The translations under genes and the position numbers were made by a program. 64,000 nucleotides of DNA, taken from the NCBI RefSeq assembly GCF_006345805.1, contig NC_043014.1:52080001-52144000 (forward strand), written 5' to 3'. This stretch comes from Octopus sinensis. Lineage: Eukaryota. Of this stretch, positions 1 to 11,940 are shown in pieces (position 1 is the first letter of the stretch; each line of letters begins with the position of its first letter). The notes beneath the pieces were generated by a model that was not told where the DNA came from, did no database searches, and saw nothing but the letters and a program-made list of their open reading frames with translations.

Positions 1-469
1 AGTCGTATATTCCGAACCTCATCGTTGGCAGTAATTTATTTTACCTAGACAGGATAAAAATCGACAGCAACATCGTCGATTGAACCCTAAACCGCAACGC
101 ATGCAGTTAAGTGCCACAGAATATTTTCTGCCATTCTACTACCAATGAACAGAATAACTTTCCTAGCATTCTTTATTCTTATGTAACTACGCTCCTGTAA
201 GCCTTAAGATCTGCGAGTCGGCTTTACCAGGTGCAATTTCATTGACTATATCCATCAAGGACACAGAAGCTGGGAGCTTCGAGATTTTCAGTTTACATCA
301 GCTAATTGGTAGCCGAAACATCAATATTTTTCAACATGAAACCTTTCTATGCGGCTGCCTATGTTTGCATTTTCCAGAGGAACAGCTAAGTGAATTCATG
401 CACACTAAACCGTACCCGCGTAACATATTCCGTACGGAATAATATTGAGTATGATCGTGTTATATAAAA

Positions 470-656
470 TAACAGGCGGCCTCTGTTGTACTCTTTTGTT
501 CCAAAATTTCTCTCACTCTTTCTTCCTGCTTCTTAAGTAACGCAGCGATAGGCTAGCTTCCCGTCCAGCTGAGAGGGGGAACACATGCGCCATAGAAACC
601 GTGAAACCGGCTCATGAGTCTGGCTAGGCTTGAAAAGGGCGCATAAATAAATAAAA
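470..656 (+). mobile_element. 3' part of a SINE related to family A, with (TAAA)n tail
   Basis: Seen: ctgttgtactcttt...tttctctcactctttcttcctg matches the body of the SINE at 3949-4330; ends in taaataaataaa. Confidence 0.5.
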
Positions 657-2599
657 TGTGTGTAAGTATACACAAACACATATCACATGCCATTTATGTA
701 TATATCTGACTCTCTTTCTCGCTCTCTCTCTCTCTATCTCTCTCTCTCTCTCTCTCTTATATATATATATATATATATATTGACGACAGACAGACAGAGT
801 AGATCCTAAAACGTTGAGAAGTGCTTATGTTCACCACATATGATCGTTGCATCGCCGACATTTAATATTATTTAAACCACATCATTATAATTATACTGAA
901 AATGATAATTTTGTAGAATAATCAATATTTCTGTGTGTGTGTATATGCTTAATATCTCGTCATGAATATTTAAAATACAAAAACTGAAAGAAACGCCGTT
1001 CTTAACTACACTGCTTTCATATTATGTTAACTAAACTTTAGAAACTGTCTCCTCATATACAATGCTATATTTAAAGGTACAGTATTGCCGTCTATAATAA
1101 AATATTCTATAGTACTGTATAAATTAATAGAAGCGAAACATTAAAAATATGTTATAATTTACAAATTGCTTCGATAAATCAATTTGGTGTTTAATAAAAT
1201 GTTGTTCTATGGTAAATTATATTTCTGCTAAATTATATGTAACAGTCTGCTTTAATTAGTGTCTACAAAAATTTTTATCACTAATTTTTGTAATTTTTTC
1301 TGCAAATAATGCCTTGGTTTAAGTATTTTATTTAATAAAGTAATATAATTTAAATATTTCTTTAATCCTCGGCTAAATTTTATTTTCTCTTCTGCTCAAT
1401 CGAATCAATATGACCGCCATATTGAGGTTGTTCGTTTCGTTATCTTCGTTGTTGTTTTGTTGTAACTGGTATTTATCTCCACTTCAGCTACGATCAAAGA
1501 CTTCCCAGGAATGTCTATTCATTTAAATCTTATTCAGATATAGCCGTTTTAGAAATATAATATACTGATACATCAATCACTTTTCATATTTAGCGAGCGA
1601 TGTCAATATATTTGAATAGATTCGTCTGATATTTTTACTTGCCCGATAAAGGCACGGAACAAGGAATCCGTATCGGAAAGCCATATTAGATAAAAAGACA
1701 GCCAAATCTTATTCGAATACTGCTCCTTTGAGTTAAATGAGGAAAAGTAAAGTTAGATAATGCAATGTTTCAAATCTATAACAAGACAAAATCATTGGAT
1801 AAGAGTTAAGCTGTGTTGGACAACATCAAGCACAAAGGCCTAGAAAACAGCGTAAAAGCACCCTCATAAATACTATTCTATCTTCGGTATATAACTTCCA
1901 TTATTACAAAAATGTTTCATGTATTTAATGCAGTGTCTGGTGTTATTAAATATTCTTAGTTTTTGACAAGGTCTACAAAGAATATATAAAAACGTTTTTC
2001 CAGCCCCTTACCTTTTTTAATAAAAAGATGCGTTTTTTGTCAGATTTCGTCCCCTTAGAAATTGTCACATAAATACATATATTCTTAGATGCATACATTT
2101 GACTTATTAGTATATCATCGTTAAGACCATTCAAAGGTCATAGACTCTTTTGTTGCCAATACTTATGTAGATACACGTGGAATAGGGACCTCAAAGAACA
2201 GTGGGTCCTATTTCATCTTTGCTTAATCATTTTTTTTAATGTTGGTCGCCTAACGTACAATAAATATGCTATGAAAATAGATAACATCAAAACCTTTATA
2301 CATTTACTACAACAGCTGAAAAAAAATCAACCACAAAACCTTTAAATCATACTTGAAACATCTTAGAATACGGAAGTTCACATTAAATAATGCATTCCTC
2401 GATAACCTTTGCATCATCAAATTTCACCTTCATCTAAAAAAAACTAATGCCAAAATATATTGATATAATGTTATGAACATGTAATGCATTTCGACATACT
2501 AAACTCTTTGCAAATCACATGAACCTCCAATGACTATCAAAACGGGTTTTATTTTTATTTGTCGTTTGACTATTATTAATGCAAATTTTACTATAAAGG

Positions 2600-2653
2600 T
2601 TTTCCTGTATATTTAATTATTTAATGCTTTCTTTTCTTCCGTTTCAGGTAAGT
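2600..2653 (+). promoter_or_regulatory. Candidate recursive splice site (zero-length exon)
   Basis: Seen: tttaat branch-like motif, pyrimidine tract ctttcttttcttccgttt, CAG at 2645-2647 directly followed by GTAAGT at 2648-2653; no other AG for about 45 nt upstream. Function is inferred. Confidence 0.55.
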
Positions 2654-2932
2654 TCATCTCTATTTGGACGTGCTACTTCCGGTACAAGATTAGGATGGAT
2701 AACATCAACCTAACACTTCCGTCTTACTCCTATACAGACGTATTTATATATCCATTTCTTATTTATAACAAGATTACGTAAATATATGTATGTTTATTGT
2801 TCTTAGATACATATGGGTATCTAATGCTCTAACTCTCTCTCTCTATCTCCGAATGCATATCTATCTATCAATCTATTTGTGTATCAGTCAATCTCTCACT
2901 GTATGTATACATAGGTATATATATATATATAT

Positions 2933-3150
2933 AAAGTTAATCCAAACAGGAAAACACAAAAAACAAAAAAACACAGCAACGCGAGAACGTGGAACAAATA
3001 AAGTATTATTGGACGCTCAGGAAAGAAGGGAAGAAGGAGGGCTTGACGTTTCGAGCGGAGCTCTTCGTCGGAAACATAGGAGAAGGAAAGATCCCGAGAA
3101 GGGAAGACAGGGGAAAAAAATTGCTAGTGATACAGACGAGGTCACATACT
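2933..3150 (-). mobile_element. Short non-coding Penelope-type terminal-repeat remnant next to (TA)n
   Basis: Seen: abuts a TA run, contains a hammerhead-like motif, and shares ctgagcg...taatac with elements at 19182 and 40610. Confidence 0.55.
3041..3075 (-). ncRNA. Minimal type I hammerhead ribozyme-like motif (U4C core)
   Basis: Minus strand: guuu CCGACGA a gagc-ucc-gcuc GAAAC GUC aagc. Stems I and II pair; palindromic ACGU stem III. Confidence 0.6.
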
Positions 3151-3644
3151 AAAAAGAAGAAGAAAAAAAAACAAAAACGCATTTATACATTTACATATAT
3201 ATATGCATATATACATTTACATACACACACACACACACATATATATATATATTTATATACATACATATATTATGTACTCACAGATGTGTATGCAAACATG
3301 CTTATTTAAGAGTTTGCTTTAGGTAGATGTGGAACACAATCTTTAAGAACAACGTACATGTTTTAAAAAATACACACGTATAAAAATGTGTGTGTGTGTG
3401 TGACTGTGTGTGCGTCGAATTGCTTGACAAGATATGATATGTGTAATGTTCATTTTTACCATTTTACACAATAAAACGTGAATGGCACTCGCTGCGGAAT
3501 TTTGTCCCGATTATGCTCCGCCTAGGATTAAGTGAAACAGTAGCATATAACTCCTGGATATATTTTCTGTTTAAAATGCGCCAAACTCTAACGAAAGACA
3601 CAATGGTTCGTCGTGGTTTCGTGTCCTTATTTATAGAGACTCTT

Positions 3645-3896
3645 TTAGACATTATTTACATTTGACCGATATTTGTCCTCATCTTGTTTGTTACTAACAC
3701 AACGTTTCCCCTGATATACCCTCCGGCTTTCATCAGGTGTTTTGGGGAATTTTGGGGAAACACCTTAGGAATGTGAACCTGGGTTCTCATTCCTGTGGTG
3801 TTTTTCAATGTTATTATTATTATTAGCATCAGGTCATTGCCTGGAATCGAACAAACTTGAGGTTAGTAGCTGTGCTTTTAACCACTACGCCATACG
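3645..3896 (-). mobile_element. tRNA-headed SINE-like element with hammerhead-bearing Penelope-type tail
   Basis: Minus strand: A box TGGCGTAGTGG (3882-3892), B box GTTCGATTC (3844-3852), (AAT)n linker, CTGATGA...GAAACGTT motif. An inverted copy of its tail lies at 3896-3948 and continues at 4345-4395. Confidence 0.65.
3696..3741 (-). ncRNA. Minimal hammerhead ribozyme-like motif (canonical CUGAUGA core, stem II decayed)
   Basis: Minus strand: aacac CUGAUGA aagccggagggtatatcaggg GAAAC GUU gugtt; stem I aacac/gtgtt is perfect. Confidence 0.55.
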
Positions 3897-3948
3897 CCGA
3901 AACGTTGTGTTAGCAACAAACAAGATGATGACACTATACGTCAAATGT

Positions 3949-4330
3949 GTGGAGGCGCAATGGCCCAGTGGTTAGGGCAGCGGACTCGCGGTCGTAAGAT
4001 CGCGGTTTCGATTTCCAGACAGGGCGTTGAGAGTGTTTATTGAGCGAAAACACATAAAGCTCCACGAGCCTCCGGCAGGGTGTGGTGGTGATCCCTGCTG
4101 TACTCTTTCACCACAACTTTCTCTCACTCTTACTTCCTGTTTCTGTTGTACCTGTACTTCAAAGGGCCGGCCTTGTCACTCTCTGTGTCACGCTGAATAT
4201 CCCCGAGAACTACGTTAAGGGTACACGTCTCTGTGGAGTGCTCAGCCACTTACACGTTAATTTCACGAGCAGGCTGTTCCGTTGATCGGATCAACCGGAA
4301 CCCTGATCGTCGTAACAGACGGAGAGTTCT
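3949..4330 (+). mobile_element. tRNA-derived SINE, family A, full length with 14-bp TSD
   Basis: Seen: head ggcgcaatggcccagtggttagg...ggtttcgattt; TSD tatacgtcaaatgt at 3935-3948 and 4331-4344; close to the copy at 49617-50006. Confidence 0.9.
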
Positions 4331-5499
4331 TATACGTCAAATGTAAATAATATAAATAATGTCTATAATTCCTTATCTCTTAAATATAGAACAGTATTAT
4401 CTTTCAGACATTTTCAGCAAGACAGAAGCATCTAATTCTTTATACAAAATATTATCTCTAACAGTTGCTTGTGCATTTTGAGATATGGTGAGCTGCAATG
4501 AATTCAGCATATATATATATACTCATGATTCTACGAATTGATGAATTGGTTTTCTAAATAGTTTTTCTTACACTGTGTGAACGAATGAACATTTCAAATA
4601 ATTGTCTGGCAGCTTACTTCATTCGGAAGTTTAGATAAGCCGCAGCTGGAGGTGCCAGTCATTGTGCTTATTATAAATGATTTAATTTCCTTTGTTTCTT
4701 TGCAAAACTCGTTGGAAATTTATTGTAAAAAAATGTTTATAGTAAAGCTGCCCATACAGGAGACATGTTAGAACATGTCAGTCTTGCATATCGCATGCTA
4801 AGACATCGGTCGCTGTAGATACATGATCCGTAAACATGACGTCTTTTTCTGTAGTGATTGTAAAAGCGTCAGACGCAGAGATAACATCAAACTGTTTCTC
4901 ACATGCAGGTTATGTGAAAGAGAATGTATAATAAAACTGGAGAAAGGTTGAAATCAAATTTGAGTAAAATAAAGATCAAAGTTGGAAGGATTACAATGAA
5001 TACGATGACTGTCTTTATATATAGAAACTGAAATCCGTGTAGCCATTTTAGATCAAGCATTTATGATCATCATATAGGATGGCACATCGTAAAGGTTGAG
5101 CAGGAAGACCGAATGAGATAAATAGCAAAACGTTTACTTTGTCCCTCTTACAAAAGCGGATATCACACCCGATGTTTCTCTATTCTTCCCTCATTCTCCT
5201 TTTCTCCACCGCCACATAACTATAGGTATGTGTATAAGAACGGAGAGAAAGAGATGTGTGTGCATTTCTGTGTATAGATACACGGATAGAGAGATAGACT
5301 GATATATGTGTATGTATAATAAATATAAAATGGAAATGATTGAGAAATAATTTTCAGTTAGGTATTTAGACATAATTAATTAATGGTGCTCTAATAGATC
5401 CCCACCAGATGCCATATCTGAATTGAATATGAAGAGTTTACTGATACCATTTGTACACTAAGATGCTTCTTTTCGAATGTCCGTTAATAAAGACAAGCA

Positions 5500-5503
5500 T
5501 TGA

Positions 5504-5585
<82 letters not shown>

Positions 5586-5617
5586 TGTGTACGTATATGT
5601 GTTTCTGTATTTACGAA

Positions 5618-5686
<69 letters not shown>

Positions 5687-5810
5687 CATTCGTAAATACA
5701 GAAACACATATACGTACACAAACAAATACACGTATACACACTACACACACAAACAAAAACACCCGTAATCATACAATCACACATACAGACGCACATACAT
5801 ACACACACAG

Positions 5811-5841
<31 letters not shown>

Positions 5842-6035
5842 ACACAGACACACAAACACAGACACACAGTCATCATGCACACTGACGCATTTTGTACACA
5901 CGTATCAATACACATATGCGTATACAACTCTGGTTTTGAATATATATATTTTTGTACCCATGTAACAGTCTCTCTCTCTCTCTCTCTGTTTTTTTTTCTC
6001 ATCTGCACACCCATATATATATATATATATATGGC
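5500..6035. repeat. Compound (TA)n/(CA)n microsatellite with 38-bp perfect inverted duplication
   Basis: Seen: 5582-5619 is the reverse complement of 5687-5724. Confidence 0.9.
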
Positions 6036-6649
6036 ATCTCTGATAATGTTGAGAGAGAGAGGGATACAGAGAATTACAGTTAAAAAACAAAAAAAGCAAC
6101 GGTTATTTAGAAATGGGAAGGAAAGAGAGGGAGTGTAGGAAGAAAAACTTTTATTCACAGAAGTAGTAGATTTTGCAGAAATACTCCAAATATAATTCTC
6201 TTAATGGCAGTTCATGTGTGAAATATGTTCTCGACACCTACAGAGAAAGAGACGGATTTGCAGGCAGATTTTCTGCACAAGATGGTTTCTGTTGTTAGTG
6301 CGATATTAAGTTCATTTGCACACTGAACAGTAGGGTTTCATTCATTTCCCCTATATATTTTGTCAGCTTGAGTTTAAGTAACATTTCAACTCTATAAACG
6401 AATTATTGTGACTCTGCGGTAGGTAAAATATTAAGTCTTGGCCCAAGGCGTTCTTAGATTTTTAGACTGATTAATGAAGAAGAAATACGCGTTTGACCTT
6501 TCGTACGAATATTATTTCACATTAAGCACGTAAGGACTGGTTATATAAAAGCCACTTGTAGATATGAGTAAAAGGCTGCCTTCATGGCGTCTCAACAGAA
6601 AGCTAGAAAGCGCAGTCAAACCACTCTAATATCGTGCTATTCTTTTCTT

Positions 6650-6857
6650 CTTTTCATTCTTTTACATGTGATTCAGTCGTTTGACTGCGGCCATGCTGGA
6701 GCACCGCCCTTAGTCGAATAAATCGACCCCAAGACTTATCCTTTAAAAGCATAGTTCTTATTCTATCGGGCTCCTAAACCGAACCGCTATGTTATGGGGA
6801 CGTAAAGACACCAACATCGGTTGTCAAGCGATGGTGGGGGAATAAACACAGACACAC

Positions 6858-6900
<43 letters not shown>

Positions 6901-7072
6901 TACATACACGATGGGCTTCTTTCAATTTCCATCCACTAAATCGACTCACGCGGATTTTGGTCGGCCCGAGACTATAATAAAAGCACTTGCCCAGGGTGCG
7001 ACACAGTGGGACTGAACCCAGAAACATGTGGTTGGGAAGCAAGCTTCTTACCACACACCCACGCTTGCACCC
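6650..7072 (-). mobile_element. SINE family B with internal microsatellite
   Basis: Seen: gactgcggccatgctggagcaccgcc...gggactgaacccagaaacatgtggttgggaagc; matches the reverse of 16345-16713. Confidence 0.85.
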
Positions 7073-7288
7073 ATGGTTATTTCTAAAGAAAGAATACTGC
7101 ACCTGTTGTCAAATACTTTTGATTGATAAAGATTCACTCACACGCACGCCCACAAAAGCAGGCACGCGCACACACATACACACATATTCACTGTATGTGA
7201 GTGTGTGTGTATGCATGCACTGATATGTGTGCGTGTGTATATACATATATACACGTAGAGGTATACATACATGTGCGTATATATATAC

Positions 7289-7405
<117 letters not shown>

Positions 7406-7467
7406 ATACATACATATACGTGCACATATATGGACTACCGACGCACATCACATATATATATGTATGT

Positions 7468-7745
7468 AAAATTTAATAACGGTAAAAATTGATATTAATC
7501 AATTAAAACCTGTGGCCCAGCATATTAAAAAAATCCGAAGATTAAAATATTTATACATACAAAATTTAAAGGACCGACCACTAAAAGTGGACGGTCAACA
7601 TGCTAGATATAGACGTCAAAATCGCTATTTTCCACGAAGAATGTGTTCTGAAATAAAATCGCATTCGTGGAAAATAGCGATTTTGACGTCTATATCTAGC
7701 ATGTTGACCGCCCACTTTTAGTGGTCAGTCCTTAAAATTTTATAT
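7468..7745. repeat. Fold-back element with ~78-bp inverted arms, between TA-rich runs
   Basis: Seen: 7561-7638 pairs with 7664-7741 (about three mismatches), ~25-nt loop. Confidence 0.85.
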
Positions 7746-8694
7746 ATTTATACACATACATATGTGTCACTCCTATGTGCACATGCGCACTTGTATGTCT
7801 GTATGGATGCCTAGATGTGTTACTATAAAAATACATACGTTCGTATGTGCGTATTAGATAACATGCGAAAGTTTGTCTTTGTCCCTGTAAGTTTCTTAAC
7901 GAGATCAAAGAAACATATTCCAGAGACACTCAACTCTCTCCTTACCAGCGAATTCCTTGACATCATGCATTACAACTGTCAAGTGCTTCTTCACACGGAC
8001 TATTTATTCTGGCGTAAATCTGACAACCTTCTTTCTGGTCTGCGTTCTTTAATATCACTCGTAGTTACTCAAAAACTAAGAGGGAAGATGATATTAAACA
8101 CAGAGTGACTACTTTTGCTTCTTCATTCAAGTGTTATTTGATACGATTGTTTTGGCTGAATTTCTGCTGCATTCATGTCATGTTATATGGAAACTTCAAG
8201 AAGTACTGGAGTTTTCTGAAGGATACGCAAACCTTAACTGACAGATTTATGCTGTTGAAACCATAATCGTCAGCTAGGCAGAAGATTTGAGTACAAATCT
8301 ATATCAATACAAGTGTACACTTAATCCGAAATCACACTACTAATGGAGAGTAGTAATCGTGTTGGGAGGATTAAGGAAGAAGAGTCTAAATACGTATACA
8401 GACTACGAATAAAAAGTATGAACGAAATAATGTTGAAAACGAAATGCGAATTCCAGTGCTGAGATACGTCAAAGTGTTTTCTTTTAATTTTTACGTATAT
8501 CAGACCGTGGGCTGCGGACATGCTGGAGCACCGCCAGACCGGTTTAAGCTGCACAGATAAAGCCCGGTACTGGTTTTCTCCTTTTTGTTAAAGTATAAGA
8601 TTTATTAAATTGGTCTCTTTTGCAAATCTGTTATTTTGATCATCGGTCATCAAGGTGTGGTGAGGAACAAAGACGTACACACACATACGTCTCT

Positions 8695-9400
8695 TATCTT
8701 TTGTCTTTCTCAATCATTGGACTGCGGCCATTGCTGGGGGGAATCGATTTGAAAGATTTTGGACGAACGAACTCACCCCAGTATTTATTCTATCAGTCTT
8801 TTTTGCCGAACAATAAGTTAAACAAACCAACACCGATTGCCAAGAGCGGCGGTGGAGAGAAACACACTCACACATATTCACAAATACACACACACATATA
8901 TACATACACACACACAGATATGTATACATACACATACATACACACACACATATACATACACACACACACACATATATACATACACACACACACACACATA
9001 TACATACACACACACATATACATACACACACACACACACACATATACATACACACACACACACACATATATATATATGCACTCATTCACAAACATACACA
9101 CATTCATACATACATGTATGCATACATACACATATACATACATACATACATACATTCGCACACACAGACATACATATATACATACACATTCAACTACACA
9201 CACAAACACATACATATACATACGCACACGCATAGGGCATGTGCATCTTTCAATTTCCGTTACACTACCAAGTCCTCTTTACTAGACCTTGGTTGGCCCT
9301 CGGCTGTAGTAGAAAACCCTTGCCGAAATGTCACGCAATGGTACTGAACCCGGAACCATGTAGTTGGGAAGTAAACGTTTACCACACGCCTATCACCGCA
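8695..9400 (-). mobile_element. Diverged SINE family B with ~360-bp expanded internal (CA/TA) microsatellite
   Basis: Seen: ggactgcggccattgctgggg at the left, gtactgaacccggaaccatgtagttggg at the right. Confidence 0.75.
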
Positions 9401-9794
9401 GCAATGCATACAAAATACGCCGAGATATTATAATTGAAAATATACATTTGTGACTAAAGATCATCGCTAGATTGATGGTTAAATTATGATAAGAATATTT
9501 AAAATATAGCATGGGGAAATGAGTAGAGTTTAAATATGATTTACAACAGGAGAGTAACAATGAGTTAATGCTATTTCATCGCATTTCCATTATCAAACTC
9601 TTTTTGTTTATTTATTTATTTCATTATAGAAAAAAAAAAGAAATCAATAACGCAATGACCTGTGATATTGTGAAATCGGTTCGCTATAACAGACACAGAC
9701 GGGGTAAACAAAAGATAGGTGACATTGTCATCGCATCTAGTCAAATAACATCATATGTAAATTTAACATTACTATATTACGCAATAACATATTT

Positions 9795-10365
9795 TACTCC
9801 TCTTCCTGTCTTAATTGTTTTCAGTCTTTGGACTGCAGCCATGCTGGGGCACGACCATGAAGCGTTTGGTCAAACAAGTCGAACCCAGAACATTTTTCTG
9901 AGGCCTTGTACTCATTCCTACCAGCCTCATTACGACCTATCTGTGATTAATCAGGAGAACTAACTAATTAATAATCTGCAAACTAGTGACCCCTAGCTAT
10001 CTCTTGCATCATTGCATCATCACCATGATGAAGACTATGATTAATTGTCTGTTTACAATTGCCATTAAACTTCCATCAATTTAACATTACTATAGTGCTA
10101 GGCTAGGATACTGGAATGTAAATAGAACAACACCGATTGTTAAGAGTTGGAATGGGACAAACACACGCACACATACACATGTTTGTGTGTGTGTGCATGT
10201 GTGTATGTATATATATATATATGGGATTATTTCAGTTTCTGTCTAGCAAATGGAATAGCAAAGTTCTGGTCGGCCTGGGGCTTTAGTTGTAGACGCTCGT
10301 CCAAAGTGTCGTACAGTGGGACTGCCCTCCAAATCATCTTTACCACACAATCAACCCCAACTATG
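9795..10365 (-). mobile_element. Diverged SINE family B interrupted by a templated insertion
   Basis: Seen: ggactgcagccatgctggggcac ... caacaccgattgtt ... cagtgggactg; foreign segment at about 9928-10125. Confidence 0.65.
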
Positions 10366-11538
10366 CTTATTTTTACTTTCATACCGCATCGTCATGGATA
10401 TATGAGCGTGTATTATTTACATCTCTCTATGAACCCGTGCTGTTTAATATGCCATGTACCTTTGTAATAAATACATATAGCGGGTCCACAAATGTCGATA
10501 TAAAAAGCAGGAGAATAAAATGTGTACAGGCGGTGCTATAAGCTCCTTGAGGAAGTGCTCCAGCTTGACCATAGTCAATCTGACTTGGATGTGTATTCTA
10601 CTTGCATTTATGGAATGGCTTATAATTAATCAAATTCATTTCAGAGTACTTAATGATATCTGCCTGGATTTTAACCCCCCCACTTTGTTGTTGCTGTTGT
10701 TCTTCTTCTAATAAATGATATAGACATAGACATACAAACAGAGAGAAACACACAAACAAACAACTGGATTCCCCAGAGTCTTGAGACCCCGCTTCGTTCA
10801 TGAATGACCATTGGATTGCACTTAGAAAGTTACCCTCCCAGGCACAAGTCCGGGCAAAGTTGTTTAAGGGTGACCAGCGGTCGCCCATGCATACCAGCCT
10901 CCCCTCCCCTCACCACTGATGATATCCAAGGGAAAGGCAAAGGGGCCGATACAGCTTGGCACCTGTGACGTCGCAACTCATTTCTACAGCTGAGTGAAAC
11001 TGGAGCAACGTGAAATAAAGTGTCTTGCTCAAGAACACAACACGCAGCCCGATACGGGATTCGAACTCACAACCTCACGATCGTAAGCTCGACGCTCTAA
11101 CCACTGAGCCATGCGCCTTCACACACAGACTTCGCAGAGTCTATATCAACCACATCCACTCACTTGCAAATATATTCGTCCACAAAGTGTAGAGAGATGG
11201 ATCGATCCAGGAACGACGTAATTGCCGAGGATATTTCTTATCAACACTCACCTGCTTCTCGTTATACAAATCTCTATCTCTGTGCAGTATCCTGAAGCAA
11301 AGAGCGATTGTACAAACAACGCAGCTGGGTGAGACATCAGTCTGGTGCTGGAAGATCGCATACGTTGTCTGCAGCATAAATATAATTGATGGAAGTTTAA
11401 TGGCAATTGTAAACAGACAATTAATCATAGTCTTCATCATGGTGATGATGCAATGATGCAAGAGATAGCTAGGGGTCACTAGTTTGCAGATTATTAATTA
11501 GTTAGTTCTCCTGATTAATCACAGATAGGTCGTAATGT
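9928..11538. repeat. ~153-bp inverted repeat, apparently perfect (9928-10081 / 11386-11538)
   Basis: Seen: cattacgacctatc...cttccatcaat versus attgatggaag...gataggtcgtaatg. Confidence 0.95.
10783..11121 (-). mobile_element. tRNA-derived SINE, family C
   Basis: Minus strand: ggcgcatggctcagtggttagagcg...gagttcgaatccc, body cttgagcaagacactt; same family as 30045 and 55543. Confidence 0.9.
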
Positions 11539-11674
11539 ATGAAAACTTTTATGTGTACACATATATGGCGCGTACTTACATCATTGTATTGGAGTTCCGA
11601 CGTTAGTTATTTACGCTTCATTTACGTCCTTTGTCTCTAGATTAGCAGTAGACATCAGTTTTTCTGTGCGTAAT

Positions 11675-11912
11675 GCCGTGTGGTTTAGTTGTTAAGTTAT
11701 TCGGCTCATGAACGTAAGGTTGTGTGTTCGATACAAGCGGCGTGCTGTGTCCTTCAGCAAGATGCTGTATTTAACATTTCTTGAGTCCAGGCAGCTGGCA
11801 AAATTGAGCTGTTCCTCTAATTTAAAGGGTGAGCTTTGTCACGTTCCGTGTCACACTGAATCTCCTATGAGTACTACGTGTCTGTGGAGTTCTCAGTTAC
11901 CTGCACGTTAAA
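11675..11912 (+). mobile_element. Old diverged SINE related to family A
   Basis: Seen: gtggtttagttgttaag head and tgtcacactgaatctcc...tgtctgtggagttctcag tail. Confidence 0.6.
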
Positions 11913-11940
11913 AACATCAGCAATAAGAACAACATCAACT

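Noticed and set aside
3949-4025. Possible tRNA genes at SINE heads (also near 11050-11121, 30045 and 49930-50006)
   Set aside because: No closed acceptor stem or terminator; each continues into a shared SINE body, some with TSDs.
9928-11538. DNA transposon with 153-bp TIRs
   Set aside because: No TSD or transposase; the interior holds the continuation of the interrupted SINE, which favours templated insertion.
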